Positions 28,990 to 39,579 of a stretch of 64,000 nucleotides of DNA are shown here, one piece after another; position 1 is the stretch's first letter, and the number at the start of each line of letters is the position of its first letter. The notes under the pieces were generated by a model that saw only the letters and a program-made list of their open reading frames with translations, did no database searches and was not told where the DNA came from. The translations under genes and the position numbers were made by a program. The DNA is from an uncultured Rikenellaceae bacterium (GTDB lineage Bacteria; Bacteroidota; Bacteroidia; Bacteroidales; VadinHA17), in the NCBI GenBank assembly GCA_964634565.1, contig CAZWLP010000002.1:26856-90855 (forward strand), read 5' to 3'.

Positions 28990-29826
28990 TTAATTACCGG
29001 TAAACCATTCAATGGCTTCATCAAGTATTTTATCAGGCACCTCATGACCACCATCAAAGGTTTTAAAGCAGGCATTATAGCCCAGCTTCTTCAGTGTGCG
29101 ATATGATCTTCTGCCTTCAGATGAGCTGATGGTCATATCGTTTATTCCATGAGCAATATAGATTTTTAAGTTATTATTATTTTCAATCTCTGTCTTTGAT
29201 AAAAACCAGGGATATTTGTCTGCTGAAACTATTCTGCCTCCAAAGCAAATAAGCCCGTCGATTTTATGATTGTATCTTATTCCGGCAGCATATGCGAAAC
29301 CCGCACCCTGAGAGAAACCCAGTACAATAGTCTTTGATATTTTATATTCTGATTTAAGAGTCGTGGCTATATCAGAGATATATTTTATAATTGGAGGATC
29401 AGCCCTCTCCCAGAGCTCTTTTTTATCTGAGACAACACTCCATGTATATTGATTTGTGGGTAAGCCATACTTATTGGAATAGCTATATGGACTTTCAGGA
29501 ACAGCAAAAATAAGCTCGTGTTTCTTTAAAGTCGACCATAGACCGGAAAAGTTATAAGCACTGTCCCCGTTTCCGTGAAGGCCAATAATTAAAGGGTATT
29601 CTTTGTCCGGGTCAAAATTATCGGGAAAGAACAGGAGGCAGGACTCCAGCTTAACTACCTCAAAATATCTTACTTTGCCGTAAGTATTATTATCTGAGTT
29701 TTGATTTTGAGCAGGATCCTGCGCAAAAGTGATTATGGCAGGCCAGAAGCACAGCAGAACATAAAGGGTTCTTAATAAATTCCAGCGGGGCCTTTTATGA
29801 ATTTTATTCATAAGAAGATTATTCAA
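28990..29826 (-). CDS. Secreted alpha/beta hydrolase (carboxylesterase/phospholipase family)
   Basis: 278 aa. PLIIGLHGNGDS, nucleophile elbow GFSQGA, and a late HG..D / GGHEV block. Confidence 0.75.
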   Translation of the reverse strand: MNNLLMNKIHKRPRWNLLRTLYVLLCFWPAIITFAQDPAQNQNSDNNTYGKVRYFEVVKLESCLLFFPDNFDPDKEYPLIIGLHGNGDSAYNFSGLWSTLKKHELIFAVPESPYSYSNKYGLPTNQYTWSVVSDKKELWERADPPIIKYISDIATTLKSEYKISKTIVLGFSQGAGFAYAAGIRYNHKIDGLICFGGRIVSADKYPWFLSKTEIENNNNLKIYIAHGINDMTISSSEGRRSYRTLKKLGYNACFKTFDGGHEVPDKILDEAIEWFTGN

Positions 29827-29915
29827 TTGGTACTAACAGACTCTAGTTTATAGACCCTTATAAATCGAATAACCCTAATATTTTATGCAGTGTTGATATT
29901 TTACAACTATATCTC

Positions 29916-31112
29916 TTATTGAAAAAGGTTATATACTCCCTCTGTTAGTACATCAGATAATTCTTTATCCATAATTTCAATAAATCTTTCCTGGCTTACT
30001 CCTGTATCTACAGGTGTTTTTTTAAAGATAATATCTTCACCTTTTTCTCCGACCCTTGTTAGCACAAGGCTTTTTCCGTCCTCTTTAAGGATAGCAGATG
30101 CCGGTAAGGAAAGAGCCTCCCGTGAGCAGGTAATGATTTCCGTTTCAACAAATGTATTATTAATAAAACTTACCCGGTCTTTTGTCTTAAGGCTTGCCGT
30201 ACATAGTATGGTTCTTGACTCCATATCAATGGTCTGGCCTGTTTGTAAGAGAACAGCCTCATAAATCTTATCTGGTTTATCAGGATCGTAAAATCTTACT
30301 GTTTGTCCCTTCGAGAGATTTTCTATATCCTGCTTAAAGACCGAGATCTCTAGCTGTAGCTGGTTAGGATCAATAATTTCTACAATAGTGTTATTTGCAT
30401 CGATAAATTCGCCAAGCTCAAAAAACAGGTCGGTAATATAACCATCGATAGGAGAATAAACAGATATAGCCGGCAATATTGATCCCTTTTCAATCGCTGA
30501 CGGATCAATATTTACCATTAAGAGCAGAGCCTTTAATCCCTCTTTTTTTGCAAGCATTGTATTATAATCTGTTTCTGCAAGCAACAGATCTTTTCTGGCA
30601 GTAATATTTTCCTTCGCTAATTCCTTATTTCTTTCGTAGTTGGCCTTTAATAAAATAAGCTGATTATAGCTTTCGGCATAGTCCTGCTGTATCTGTATTA
30701 TTTCGTTGCCTTCAAGAGTAAAAAGTAAATGACCCCTGGAGATTTTTTCTCCCGGTCTTATATTAATCTTTTTTATTCTTCCGGGAATAAGTGAACTTAT
30801 ATTTGCCTTACCGTTAGGAGAAGCCGTAATATAGCCGTTTGCGCTAACAGATTGTGTAAAGGTAATGACCTCAGGATTACCAAGCTTCATATTTGCCTGC
30901 TTAAATTGAGATTTGGTAATTATTACCTCATCCCGGGCACCTGACTCAGTACCCGTGGCAGAAAGATCAGATTCGTTATTACCGGCAGACTCTCCTTTGT
31001 TGCCATGGCAGCCGCTTAAAACAAGAAATGCCAGGACCGCGGTATGTATCAAAATTTTATTTATTTCCTTTTTCATTTGATATGTGTTTTTCTTTATGTC
31101 AGACTTATGCAT
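29916..31112 (-). CDS. Efflux RND periplasmic adaptor (MFP), lipoprotein
   Basis: Lipobox VLSGC. Lipoyl/hairpin/beta-barrel pattern (ISSLIPGRIKKINIRPGEKISRGHLLFTLE). Possible later start at Met13. Confidence 0.85.
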   Translation of the reverse strand: MHKSDIKKNTYQMKKEINKILIHTAVLAFLVLSGCHGNKGESAGNNESDLSATGTESGARDEVIITKSQFKQANMKLGNPEVITFTQSVSANGYITASPNGKANISSLIPGRIKKINIRPGEKISRGHLLFTLEGNEIIQIQQDYAESYNQLILLKANYERNKELAKENITARKDLLLAETDYNTMLAKKEGLKALLLMVNIDPSAIEKGSILPAISVYSPIDGYITDLFFELGEFIDANNTIVEIIDPNQLQLEISVFKQDIENLSKGQTVRFYDPDKPDKIYEAVLLQTGQTIDMESRTILCTASLKTKDRVSFINNTFVETEIITCSREALSLPASAILKEDGKSLVLTRVGEKGEDIIFKKTPVDTGVSQERFIEIMDKELSDVLTEGVYNLFQ

Positions 31113-31138
31113 ATATCTGCCTCTGTATTTAGTATTTT

Positions 31139-34100
31139 TTAAAGCGATAAATAATTTATTTCGAGAACAAACTCATTATATTTTTGTAGATTATCAAGGT
31201 AGTTTAGTTCTATTTCAATTGCTGCGTCAATGCTTTGAACGAGCCTGAAAAAGTCAATCTCTCCTGCAGAATAGCTTATTTGAGAAGATCTTATTAGTTC
31301 ATGGGCAATATTTTTACCCGATAATTCATAGTATTTAATATATTCTTTTTGCCTGCTTATCAGATCACTCAGTTCCGACAATCTGTTATTGTAAGTTCTG
31401 CTATAGCTTTCCCTCAGATAATTTGCTGCATCAAGTGAGTGTTTTGCTGCTTTAATTTTTGATTTTTGTTCTCCCCAGAATATTGGAATACCAAGGCCTA
31501 TTTCAAAGCCCTGGTAATTTTTTGAGCCCGAATAGTTATTTGTTCCATTAAAGTATCCCAGTGTAAGATCAGGAAGAAGCCTGTTTTTTTCTGCCTTAAC
31601 GAAAGCATCCTGCAGCATAGCCGTGTGATTGGCCAGCCGATAGCCGGGAGTCGTTTCTGCCAGGCCCTGGTTTATTTCAAGAGCTACGGGTTCCTGTTTG
31701 GGAACAATAAAATCACCATCATAGTAAATCAGCGACCCGAGAGTATTTATTGCTATTCCCAGGTCCTGTTCAAGCTGGGTCTTCAGCACCTTAATATTAT
31801 GGTATCTGGCCTTTGCAGTAAGCATTTCAAGGTAACTTGTCTCACCCTGGATATTGCTTATTTCTGCAGCATCCGCATAGCGGGTAAAGATGCTGTCTGC
31901 CTGTTGATATAATTTTAATTTGCTCTGAAGGAGAATGATAGAATAATATGCGCCTGAGACCTTAAGTGTTATTTCCCTTTTTTTCATTTCAAAGCGATCT
32001 GCAGCCATCAATGAGGATATTGTATTTGCTTTTTTTTGTGCAAAATAAACAGTGGGGAAATCAAAACGCTGCTCTCCTCCTATAACACGTATAGGATAGT
32101 TATTATCGGCAATATTATTTTCGTCGTAGTTATAGTAAAAAGTTGTTTTATCAATTGCAAAGGCCGTATTGATAAGAGCCTTGCTTTCTTCAATCATAGA
32201 ATTGTATGCAGCAAGTTCGCTGTTGTTCGAATATGCCAGTTCAAGAGCATCTTCAAGAGTAATAATTTCCGGACTGTTCTCGCTCTGAATTGAGGATTGC
32301 GACTGAGCAAACAGAGGAATAAGAAGCAGAATTACTGGCAGAATAATCTTCTTTGTTTTAAAGCCAGGAGGCCACAGTCGTATACCCGTTACCCTGTCAA
32401 AGATAGCGTAGAGGATGGGCAGGGCAAGCATTGTTAGCAGGGTAGATGTTACAAGACCTCCAATAACCACGGTGGCAAGAGGTCTTTGTACCTCTGCTCC
32501 CGCAGATGTTGATATTGCCATGGGCAGGAAGCCAAGAGCTGCAGCCGCGGCTGTTAATATTACCGGTCTCAGCCTTTCACGAGTACCCTTCATAATAAGC
32601 TCTTTCATATCTGTTATTCCGGATTTCTTTAATTCTTTCAGGTGTTCAATAAGTACAATGCCATTAAGCACGGCCACGCCAAACAGAGCTATAAATCCAA
32701 TTCCGGCTGAGATACTGAAGGGCATGCCGCGAATCCACAGCAGAAAAACACCTCCTACAATAGACAGGGGTATTGCGGTAAATACAAGGGCTGCCTCCTT
32801 TAATGACTTAAATGCAAAGTGCAGAAAGATAAAGATAAGTAATAGTGCTATCGGAACAGCTATTTTTAGTCTTCTTGAGGCATTTCTCAGGTTTTCAAAC
32901 TGACCGCCGTAATCAATATAATATCCCGAAGGAAGAACCAGTTCTTCGTTAAGGATATTTTCAATATCTGCCACAACAGATTCCAGGTCACGATTCCTGA
33001 CGTTTACGCTTACAACTATCCTTCTTTGTGTATCGTCTCTCGATATCTTTGCAGGACCTGTAGTATATTCAATATCTGCCAGCTCTTTTAGCGGAACCTG
33101 TCCTCCATTAGGCAGACCGACAAAAAGATTTCTTATATTTTCTATATCAACCCGATAATCGGCCTGAAGCCTGGCAACAAGGTCGAACCTCTTTTCTCCT
33201 TCAAAAACACTTCCTGCAATACCTCCGGCAAAAGCTGTGGTAAGGTACTGATTGAGCTCCTCAATTGACAGGCCAAAATAAGCTATTCTTTTACGGTCAT
33301 ATTTTACGCTCATCTGTGGTAGGCCTTCTGTCTTTTCATAAATTACATCGGCAGCGCCCGGAACATCGGAAATAAGATCTTTTACTTCTTCTGCCTTTTG
33401 GGCCAGGATAGAAAGATCGTCGCCAAAGATCTTTATTGCGAGGTCGGCACGAACACCGGTGATAAGTTCATTAAATCTCATCTCAATAGGCTGAGTAAAC
33501 TCGTAGTCAAGACCGGGAATAACCATTAGAGCTTCCTTAAAAAGCGCAGCCAGCTCTTCTTTGCTGTCTGCCGACACCCATTCTTTTTTAGGTATCAGCT
33601 TAATTATCATATCTATTTCCTCCATAGACATCGGATCTGTTGGCACCTCTGCGGCGCCTATCCTGCAAACTATCTGGTCTATTTCAGGAAACTTATCAAT
33701 AAGGATATTTTCCATCTGGGTTGTCAGCGATACAGTATTAGAAAGCGAAGTACCTGTTTTTAGTACCGGCTGAATAACAAAGTCGCCTTCATCAAGGGTA
33801 GGAACAAATTCACCACCCATACGCGAAAAAATAACACCTGTAAGGATTAATGAAACCAGCGCCATTCCCAGCAGTATTTTCTTATGATCATACGACCATT
33901 TTATTACCGGGTCATAGGAGCGATAAAGAATCTTCATTATTCCACGGGTCAGTACAAATTGCTTTTCCTTCTCCGGCTTCAGGAAAAGAGACGAAGCAAC
34001 GGGCAGCCATATAAGGCTAAATATCATTGCCCCTATTAATGCGAAGCTGAACGACAGCGCCATGGGACGAAACATTTTACCTTCAACACCACTCAGGGAA

Positions 34101-35503
34101 AGAACAGGAATAAAGACAATAAGTATAATAAGCTGTCCGAATATCGCCGAGTTCATCATCTTGGATGCCCCGTTAAAGGTCACCCTGTCCATAATCAGAT
34201 GCTTGTCGTCGCTTTTTGCAGTAAGAAGTTCATCCCTGTTGACCGTGAGCCTGATAACGATAAACTCCACAATTATCACCGCACCATCTATTATAATACC
34301 AAAGTCGAGGGCTCCCAGACTCATCAGGTTGGCGTCGATACCAAAGACATACATCATTGATATAGTGAATAGCAGGGAGAGAGGTATCATAGAAGCAATA
34401 ACCAGCCCGGATCGCAGGTTACCAAGCAGAAGAAGCACTATCAGGAAGACAATCAGGCATCCAAACAGAAGATTCTCAAATACAGTGAAAGATGTTTTTC
34501 CAATAAGCTCACTTCGCTCAAGAATAGGATTAATAAATACTCCTTCGGGCAGTGTCTCCTGTACTTCGTCAACCCTCTTTTTTACAGCATCAATTACCTT
34601 GTTTGAGTTAGCGTCTTTTAACATCATTATCTGGCCCATTACCTTTTCTCCCTCGCCATTTGCGGTAATTGCACCAAAGCGGTTGGCGCTCCCAAACTGT
34701 ACCATTGCTATATCTTTAATAAGAACAGGGATACCTTCAATATTTGCAACCACAATGTTTTCGATATCTTCAAGCGATGATACAAGTCCGTCACCCCTGA
34801 TAAAGTAGCTCTGGTATTGTTTTTCAATATATGCCCCGCCTGCAACATTATTATTTTTACTTAAAGCATCGTATACCTGGAGCAGGGTAATGCCAAGCCC
34901 TTTAATTCTCTCGGGATTAATTGCTACTTCATATTGTTTTAAATATCCACCCCAGGTATTTACCTCAACAACTCCGGGTATGCCCGATAGCTGTCGTTTT
35001 ACCATCCAGTCCTGTATCGTTCTCAATTCCATAATTGAGTATTTATCTTCGTAACCGGGCCTGGTATCCAGGATGTATTGATAAATCTCACCCAGCCCTG
35101 TACTTATTGGCCCCATTTGAGGCGTTCCAAATCCTTCGGGGATATTGGCAGAGGCATTCTTAATTTTTTCTGCTATCAGCTGCCTGGGCAAATAAGTGCC
35201 CATCTTATCTTCAAATACTATTGTTACCACAGACAGGCCAAACTTGGAGATAGACCTAATTTCTGTTACGCCGGGCAGATTAGACATTTCCAGCTCAACA
35301 GGATAGGTAATAAACTGCTCCACATCCTGTGTCGACAGGTTTGTAGAGGTTGTAATTACCTGAACCTGGTTGTTCGTTATGTCCGGTACCGCACCCAGGG
35401 GAATATGAAAAAGTGCGAAGACACCAAAACCGGCTAAAGAAATGGTAATAAGTATCGCAATCAACTTATTTTTTATACTGAAATTTATGATTCGGTTTAG
35501 CAT
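31139..35503 (-). CDS. CzcA/CusA-type heavy-metal RND pump fused in frame to a TolC-like outer membrane factor
   Basis: 1454 aa. Residues 1 to about 1040 are CzcA-like (PLGAVPDITNNQVQVITT...). Residues 1050-1068 (KKIILPVILLLIPLFAQS) look like a signal peptide. Residues from about 1069 to 1454 are TolC-like (LEDALELAYSNNSELAAY...). There is no stop or Met at the junction (nt 32291..32377). Confidence 0.85.
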   Translation of the reverse strand: MLNRIINFSIKNKLIAILITISLAGFGVFALFHIPLGAVPDITNNQVQVITTSTNLSTQDVEQFITYPVELEMSNLPGVTEIRSISKFGLSVVTIVFEDKMGTYLPRQLIAEKIKNASANIPEGFGTPQMGPISTGLGEIYQYILDTRPGYEDKYSIMELRTIQDWMVKRQLSGIPGVVEVNTWGGYLKQYEVAINPERIKGLGITLLQVYDALSKNNNVAGGAYIEKQYQSYFIRGDGLVSSLEDIENIVVANIEGIPVLIKDIAMVQFGSANRFGAITANGEGEKVMGQIMMLKDANSNKVIDAVKKRVDEVQETLPEGVFINPILERSELIGKTSFTVFENLLFGCLIVFLIVLLLLGNLRSGLVIASMIPLSLLFTISMMYVFGIDANLMSLGALDFGIIIDGAVIIVEFIVIRLTVNRDELLTAKSDDKHLIMDRVTFNGASKMMNSAIFGQLIILIVFIPVLSLSGVEGKMFRPMALSFSFALIGAMIFSLIWLPVASSLFLKPEKEKQFVLTRGIMKILYRSYDPVIKWSYDHKKILLGMALVSLILTGVIFSRMGGEFVPTLDEGDFVIQPVLKTGTSLSNTVSLTTQMENILIDKFPEIDQIVCRIGAAEVPTDPMSMEEIDMIIKLIPKKEWVSADSKEELAALFKEALMVIPGLDYEFTQPIEMRFNELITGVRADLAIKIFGDDLSILAQKAEEVKDLISDVPGAADVIYEKTEGLPQMSVKYDRKRIAYFGLSIEELNQYLTTAFAGGIAGSVFEGEKRFDLVARLQADYRVDIENIRNLFVGLPNGGQVPLKELADIEYTTGPAKISRDDTQRRIVVSVNVRNRDLESVVADIENILNEELVLPSGYYIDYGGQFENLRNASRRLKIAVPIALLLIFIFLHFAFKSLKEAALVFTAIPLSIVGGVFLLWIRGMPFSISAGIGFIALFGVAVLNGIVLIEHLKELKKSGITDMKELIMKGTRERLRPVILTAAAAALGFLPMAISTSAGAEVQRPLATVVIGGLVTSTLLTMLALPILYAIFDRVTGIRLWPPGFKTKKIILPVILLLIPLFAQSQSSIQSENSPEIITLEDALELAYSNNSELAAYNSMIEESKALINTAFAIDKTTFYYNYDENNIADNNYPIRVIGGEQRFDFPTVYFAQKKANTISSLMAADRFEMKKREITLKVSGAYYSIILLQSKLKLYQQADSIFTRYADAAEISNIQGETSYLEMLTAKARYHNIKVLKTQLEQDLGIAINTLGSLIYYDGDFIVPKQEPVALEINQGLAETTPGYRLANHTAMLQDAFVKAEKNRLLPDLTLGYFNGTNNYSGSKNYQGFEIGLGIPIFWGEQKSKIKAAKHSLDAANYLRESYSRTYNNRLSELSDLISRQKEYIKYYELSGKNIAHELIRSSQISYSAGEIDFFRLVQSIDAAIEIELNYLDNLQKYNEFVLEINYLSL

Positions 35504-35628
35504 GGTTGTTTTGAAAAAATTGTTTGAATCTTGACCACAGGTGAGGCCAAGGTAAATAAAAATTTGGATATTTAGAATATCGGGTTTGCAACACTTGTCT
35601 GGAAAAAGGAATTACTTATACAGAAAAA

Positions 35629-35667
35629 CAAAAAAAAAGAAGCGACTGACCAGGTCGCTTCTTTTTA
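35629..35667. terminator. Bidirectional rho-independent terminator
   Basis: Perfect 9-bp stem agaagcgac / gtcgcttct (35638..35646 and 35654..35662) with a 7-nt loop. An A-run lies upstream and a T-run downstream. It ends the minus-strand two-component operon. Confidence 0.8.
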
Positions 35668-35819
35668 AACCATTAATTATCTCTTATGTGTTTTCAAAGT
35701 TTTTTAAACTTATTATGATCCAAAAGTAAGGCACAAAGTTGTAGAAAATCTGTTGTTTTGAAATTTTTACGCTGTCATAGGGCTAAGTAACAGATCCACA
35801 AAACTATATGCCCTGTTAT

Positions 35820-36263
35820 TTATTTTCTGAGCGCAAATAATCCAACCGAAATAATTATAATTATTGTAGAAACACCAAAGTAAAAAACTGAGTATTTGAA
35901 TTTTTTTGCAGACAACGGTACTTTTTTTATCAGCAGGTTGCCGGTTATACACAGAATAACAACAAAGATGACGTTTGAAAAATGCTGAATAGCCCAGAAG
36001 CGAAGGCTCGAATAGTTCATTGCTTCTTCGGTCGACATTATTTCAGCAGGCTTTTGCAGGAAGAAGTATAGGATTATTCCAATAACAAGGTCTGCATACA
36101 GCAGTGTAAGATATATTTTTCTCAGGCGTATTTCTTTCAGTCCGTATTCCCTTTTACTTAGAAAACCGGATATATAATGAATCGTTATATAGACAATCGT
36201 AATAAGAAATATTACGCTGAAAATTATATGGAACCTGATAAAATATGGATATATCTCCTGCAT
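35820..36263 (-). CDS. Hypothetical 4-TM membrane protein, last gene of the two-component operon
   Basis: 147 aa with four hydrophobic helices. It starts 5 nt after the histidine kinase stop. No family recognised. Confidence 0.55.
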   Translation of the reverse strand: MQEIYPYFIRFHIIFSVIFLITIVYITIHYISGFLSKREYGLKEIRLRKIYLTLLYADLVIGIILYFFLQKPAEIMSTEEAMNYSSLRFWAIQHFSNVIFVVILCITGNLLIKKVPLSAKKFKYSVFYFGVSTIIIIISVGLFALRK

Positions 36264-36268
36264 AGTTT

Positions 36269-37552
36269 TTAATCTTCAATCTTCAATCCCCCGATAGTTG
36301 AAAAATCCACTCTGAAGGAGTGCGTCCCTTCCGAGTAAATATGTTTAACATTTATTCTATAGTAATTACATATTTTCCTTACTATTTCCAGCCCTATACC
36401 TGTGCCTCCCTCTTTTCCCGATCCTTTAATAAAACGTTTAAAAAGCTGATCCTCCGAAAAAGGAAGAGGAGCCCCCTGGTTTGAAATTTCAACAATACAG
36501 TTTTTGAGTCTTACACCTATGTCGCTTCCTCCCGTCCCATGGGTAATGGCGTTTTTTAAAAGATTTGAGATTAATACATCAAGCAACATATGATTCATGC
36601 GTATTGTGCAATTATCAAGCTCAGAGTTTATGCTAAAGCCTCCTGCATTAATTAACACATCAAGATTAGTAATATATGTTTCAAGTGCATCTTTAAGGTC
36701 AATTTCTTCAGATTCTTCAAACTGCTTATTCTCAATTTTAGCAATAAGCAATAAGGACTGGTTAAGCTTTGAGAGCCTGCCTGTTGTATTAAGTATTGAG
36801 CTAACTGTTTCAAGATCTGTCTCACTTAAATTTTCAGACTGCAGCAGCAGCTCTGCCTTGTTCCTGATTATTGCCAGCGGAGTCTGAATTTCGTGAGATG
36901 TATTGGCTGTAAGCTCTTTAAGACTTTTATAATCAGACTGGATCCGGTCGGCCATCTCAAGAAGCACCTTATTAAGCCTGTCGAATTCAGCAATCTCAGA
37001 TACAGGCAGTACCAGTCCGCCGGGCTTATTAAAATCATAAACATCAAGTCGTTTAAGGCTATTCGAGAAAGCCGACCATATATTTGTGAATATATACCGG
37101 TTAAGAATATATATCATTATTATAAATACTATCAGAAGGGCCACCGAAAGGAGGGTTATTCTTTCGATAAGGGCGTCGGAAGAAAGAAGCGATTTATAGA
37201 TAATAATATCCCTGCTTCCCTTATCTGAGTTATATGAAAAGCGAAGAGCCCTGTGTGCAATAAACTTTTGTTGCGAGGCATTATATAATACGGTGTCGCT
37301 TAAAACAGGGGGCTGGCCTGGGTGAATATTTGTCTCAATAATATTTATCTGGTCGAAGCTGCCGGGAAGATTGCTTATTGTTTCTCCCTGGTTAAGCCTG
37401 GTCATAAGCCCCGCCATCTGGGTCATAAGCTCATTATTGATATGCTCGTTTATCACCTCCCTGGTAATTCGAAAGAAAACAAGGTTTCCTATCCAGAAAA
37501 TAAAGATACTCCCGGTTATTATCAGAAGACTTGTTTTTGAAAGCAGTTTCAT
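36269..37552 (-). CDS. Sensor histidine kinase (HisKA + HATPase_c, two TM helices with a periplasmic loop)
   Basis: H-box LTANTSHEIQTPLAII, N-box LLKNAITHG, G-boxes GTGIGLEIV. Overlaps the response regulator gene by 4 nt. Confidence 0.9.
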   Translation of the reverse strand: MKLLSKTSLLIITGSIFIFWIGNLVFFRITREVINEHINNELMTQMAGLMTRLNQGETISNLPGSFDQINIIETNIHPGQPPVLSDTVLYNASQQKFIAHRALRFSYNSDKGSRDIIIYKSLLSSDALIERITLLSVALLIVFIIMIYILNRYIFTNIWSAFSNSLKRLDVYDFNKPGGLVLPVSEIAEFDRLNKVLLEMADRIQSDYKSLKELTANTSHEIQTPLAIIRNKAELLLQSENLSETDLETVSSILNTTGRLSKLNQSLLLIAKIENKQFEESEEIDLKDALETYITNLDVLINAGGFSINSELDNCTIRMNHMLLDVLISNLLKNAITHGTGGSDIGVRLKNCIVEISNQGAPLPFSEDQLFKRFIKGSGKEGGTGIGLEIVRKICNYYRINVKHIYSEGTHSFRVDFSTIGGLKIED

Positions 37553-38229
37553 TCGGTCAGAAATTTGTAGCCAACCCCATATATCGTTTTTATATAGTCT
37601 TTGCAGCCAGCCTTTAATAGCTTCTTACGGAGGTTTTTAATATGCAGATAAACAAAATCAAGAGAATCCATTACATCAACATAATCACCGGCAAGGTGCT
37701 CGGCGATAGATGTTTTTGAGATAACCTGGTTTTTATTACTGACCAGGTAATACAGGATATTATATTCACTCTTGGTAAGCTCAAGGGCTGTATTATTTAT
37801 TTTTACTTCATGAGACTGGGGGTCGAGAGAGATTTCATTAAATACAAAGACACTGTTTCCTTCAAATTTTAATCTTCTTAGCAGAGAATAAATCCTGGCA
37901 TTTAGCTCAGAAAGATGGAAGGGTTTTACAAGGTAATCATCGGCTCCTATATTCAGGCCGCTAACTCTGTCGTCGATAGAATCCCTGGCTGATATTATTA
38001 TTATGCCTGCCTGGCTGTTATTGTTTTTTATCTGCTTAATCAGATCCAGTCCACTTCCGTCGGGCAGACCTATATCTATGATAAAACAGTCATAGTCATA
38101 TAGATCACAAAGACCCGAGGCTTTCTCGAGGTTTATGGCATGATCACAATCGATCTTCTCACTTGTTTTGAGATATGACACGATGGAGCCAGCAAGATCT
38201 TTTTCGTCTTCAACAAGTAAAACTCTCAT
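37549..38229 (-). CDS. OmpR-family response regulator
   Basis: MRVLLVEDE...DCFIIDIGLPDGSG...KPF receiver domain and a winged-helix C-terminus ...IKTIYGVGYKF. Confidence 0.92.
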   Translation of the reverse strand: MRVLLVEDEKDLAGSIVSYLKTSEKIDCDHAINLEKASGLCDLYDYDCFIIDIGLPDGSGLDLIKQIKNNNSQAGIIIISARDSIDDRVSGLNIGADDYLVKPFHLSELNARIYSLLRRLKFEGNSVFVFNEISLDPQSHEVKINNTALELTKSEYNILYYLVSNKNQVISKTSIAEHLAGDYVDVMDSLDFVYLHIKNLRKKLLKAGCKDYIKTIYGVGYKFLTE

Positions 38230-38477
38230 TTGACAATCACCTTTTAAGGGAAGTAAAAATACGCTAAATTCATTCTAAGCCAAAATTCACTCAGGGCTTC
38301 CAGGGCCAAATATTTATCAGGCAGCTTTATTTATCACCCAATTACATCCCCTGAAAAGCACACTTCACCCTCCGAAATAAGCATTTCGGTTATAAGTCAT
38401 TGTCAGCATGCCACTTATTGCTTGTTTCAGGTATAAGTTTGTTAAATCTAAGCATAAAACCAGAAAATCCATATAAT

Positions 38478-39569
38478 ATGAATATCAAGAATAGAACCAG
38501 GAGAATCGGCAAAGGGATATTGCTCCCTGTACTATTGCTATCGCTTATCTTAAGTTCCTGCAGCTTAAACAAAGAAGCTGAAAACGACTCTTATATTAAG
38601 CTTGTAAAAACAGTAAATGTTCAAAAGCTTGATCCGGTCAGCGAAAAACAGTTTCCGGGAGTTATAGATGAAGCTGAGGAGATAAATCTGGCTTTCAGGG
38701 TTGGTGGCCCTATTAGCAGGATATTAATAAAGGAGGGGCAATATGTAAAAAAGGGACAGCTTATTGCTGAGATCGATCAACGCGATTATATGATTCAAAA
38801 AACAGCGATCCAGGCACGGGTAGATCAGCTCAGGGAAGAATACCGGCGGATAGAGGAATTAAATAAGCGAAAAACAGTAGCTGATAATGATTATGAAAAA
38901 ATGAAAGCAGGCAGGGAGATGGCGGAAACTCAGCTTAAGAATGCTAACGACCAGCTAAACGACACCAGGCTATATGCCCCTTATTCGGGCTATATAACAG
39001 CGGTTTTGTTTGAAGAGGGCGAGATGCTGAATATTGGAACCCCCTTTGCCCGCCTGATAGATGTAAGCCTTTTAAAGGTCGAGGTTGATGTGCCCACATC
39101 TCTTTACCTGGTAAAAGACAAAATAAGTAAAGCAGAATGTGTACAGGAAGATATTCCGGGTAAAAAGTACCCCTTAACCTTCTATGCAAATAATATAAAA
39201 GCAAACAGCAACGGGCTCTTCAGATTCTATTTCTATCATCAGCCAGAGCCCGGCTCTCTTCTTTCTCCGGGAATGAATGTCTCGGTAAATATCTCTTATT
39301 CCAATGGAGACAGCTCACTTGTAAGCATCCCTCTTAATGCAATCTTCCCCCGGGGCGAAGAAAGCTATGTGTGGGTAGTTAAAGATAATACTGTTAGAGC
39401 CAGGAGGGTAAAAACCAATGATTTACTTAACGATGGCAATGTCGGTATTATCGAGGGATTGAAGGCTGGCGAAGAGATTGTGGTAGGAGGACTCGATCAC
39501 CTGCATGAGGAAGAAGAAGTACGGGTCCTTGACAAGGCAAGCAAGACAAATATTGGAAATCTAATTTAA
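38478..39569 (+). CDS. Efflux RND periplasmic adaptor (MFP), lipoprotein
   Basis: ATG 38478 gives MNIKNRTRRIGKGILLPVLLLSLILSSCS (lipobox). RVGGPISRILIKEGQYVKKGQLIAEID is a lipoyl motif. Confidence 0.88.
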   Translation: MNIKNRTRRIGKGILLPVLLLSLILSSCSLNKEAENDSYIKLVKTVNVQKLDPVSEKQFPGVIDEAEEINLAFRVGGPISRILIKEGQYVKKGQLIAEIDQRDYMIQKTAIQARVDQLREEYRRIEELNKRKTVADNDYEKMKAGREMAETQLKNANDQLNDTRLYAPYSGYITAVLFEEGEMLNIGTPFARLIDVSLLKVEVDVPTSLYLVKDKISKAECVQEDIPGKKYPLTFYANNIKANSNGLFRFYFYHQPEPGSLLSPGMNVSVNISYSNGDSSLVSIPLNAIFPRGEESYVWVVKDNTVRARRVKTNDLLNDGNVGIIEGLKAGEEIVVGGLDHLHEEEEVRVLDKASKTNIGNLI

Positions 39570-39579
39570 TACCCGGAGC

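Noticed and set aside
34062-34808. 248-aa + strand ORF, with other + strand ORFs at 32415..32903 and 35078..35437, inside the RND pump gene
   Set aside because: They lie entirely antisense to a CDS with unmistakable CzcA/TolC homology. The translations are low-complexity (S/I/R/P-rich) with no recognisable motif. This is a typical shadow ORF.
38372-38389. Perfect 7-bp hairpin ccgaaat-aagc-atttcgg in the divergent region before the second RND operon
   Set aside because: There is no U-tract on either strand and no second copy, so the evidence is too little to call a terminator or riboregulator.
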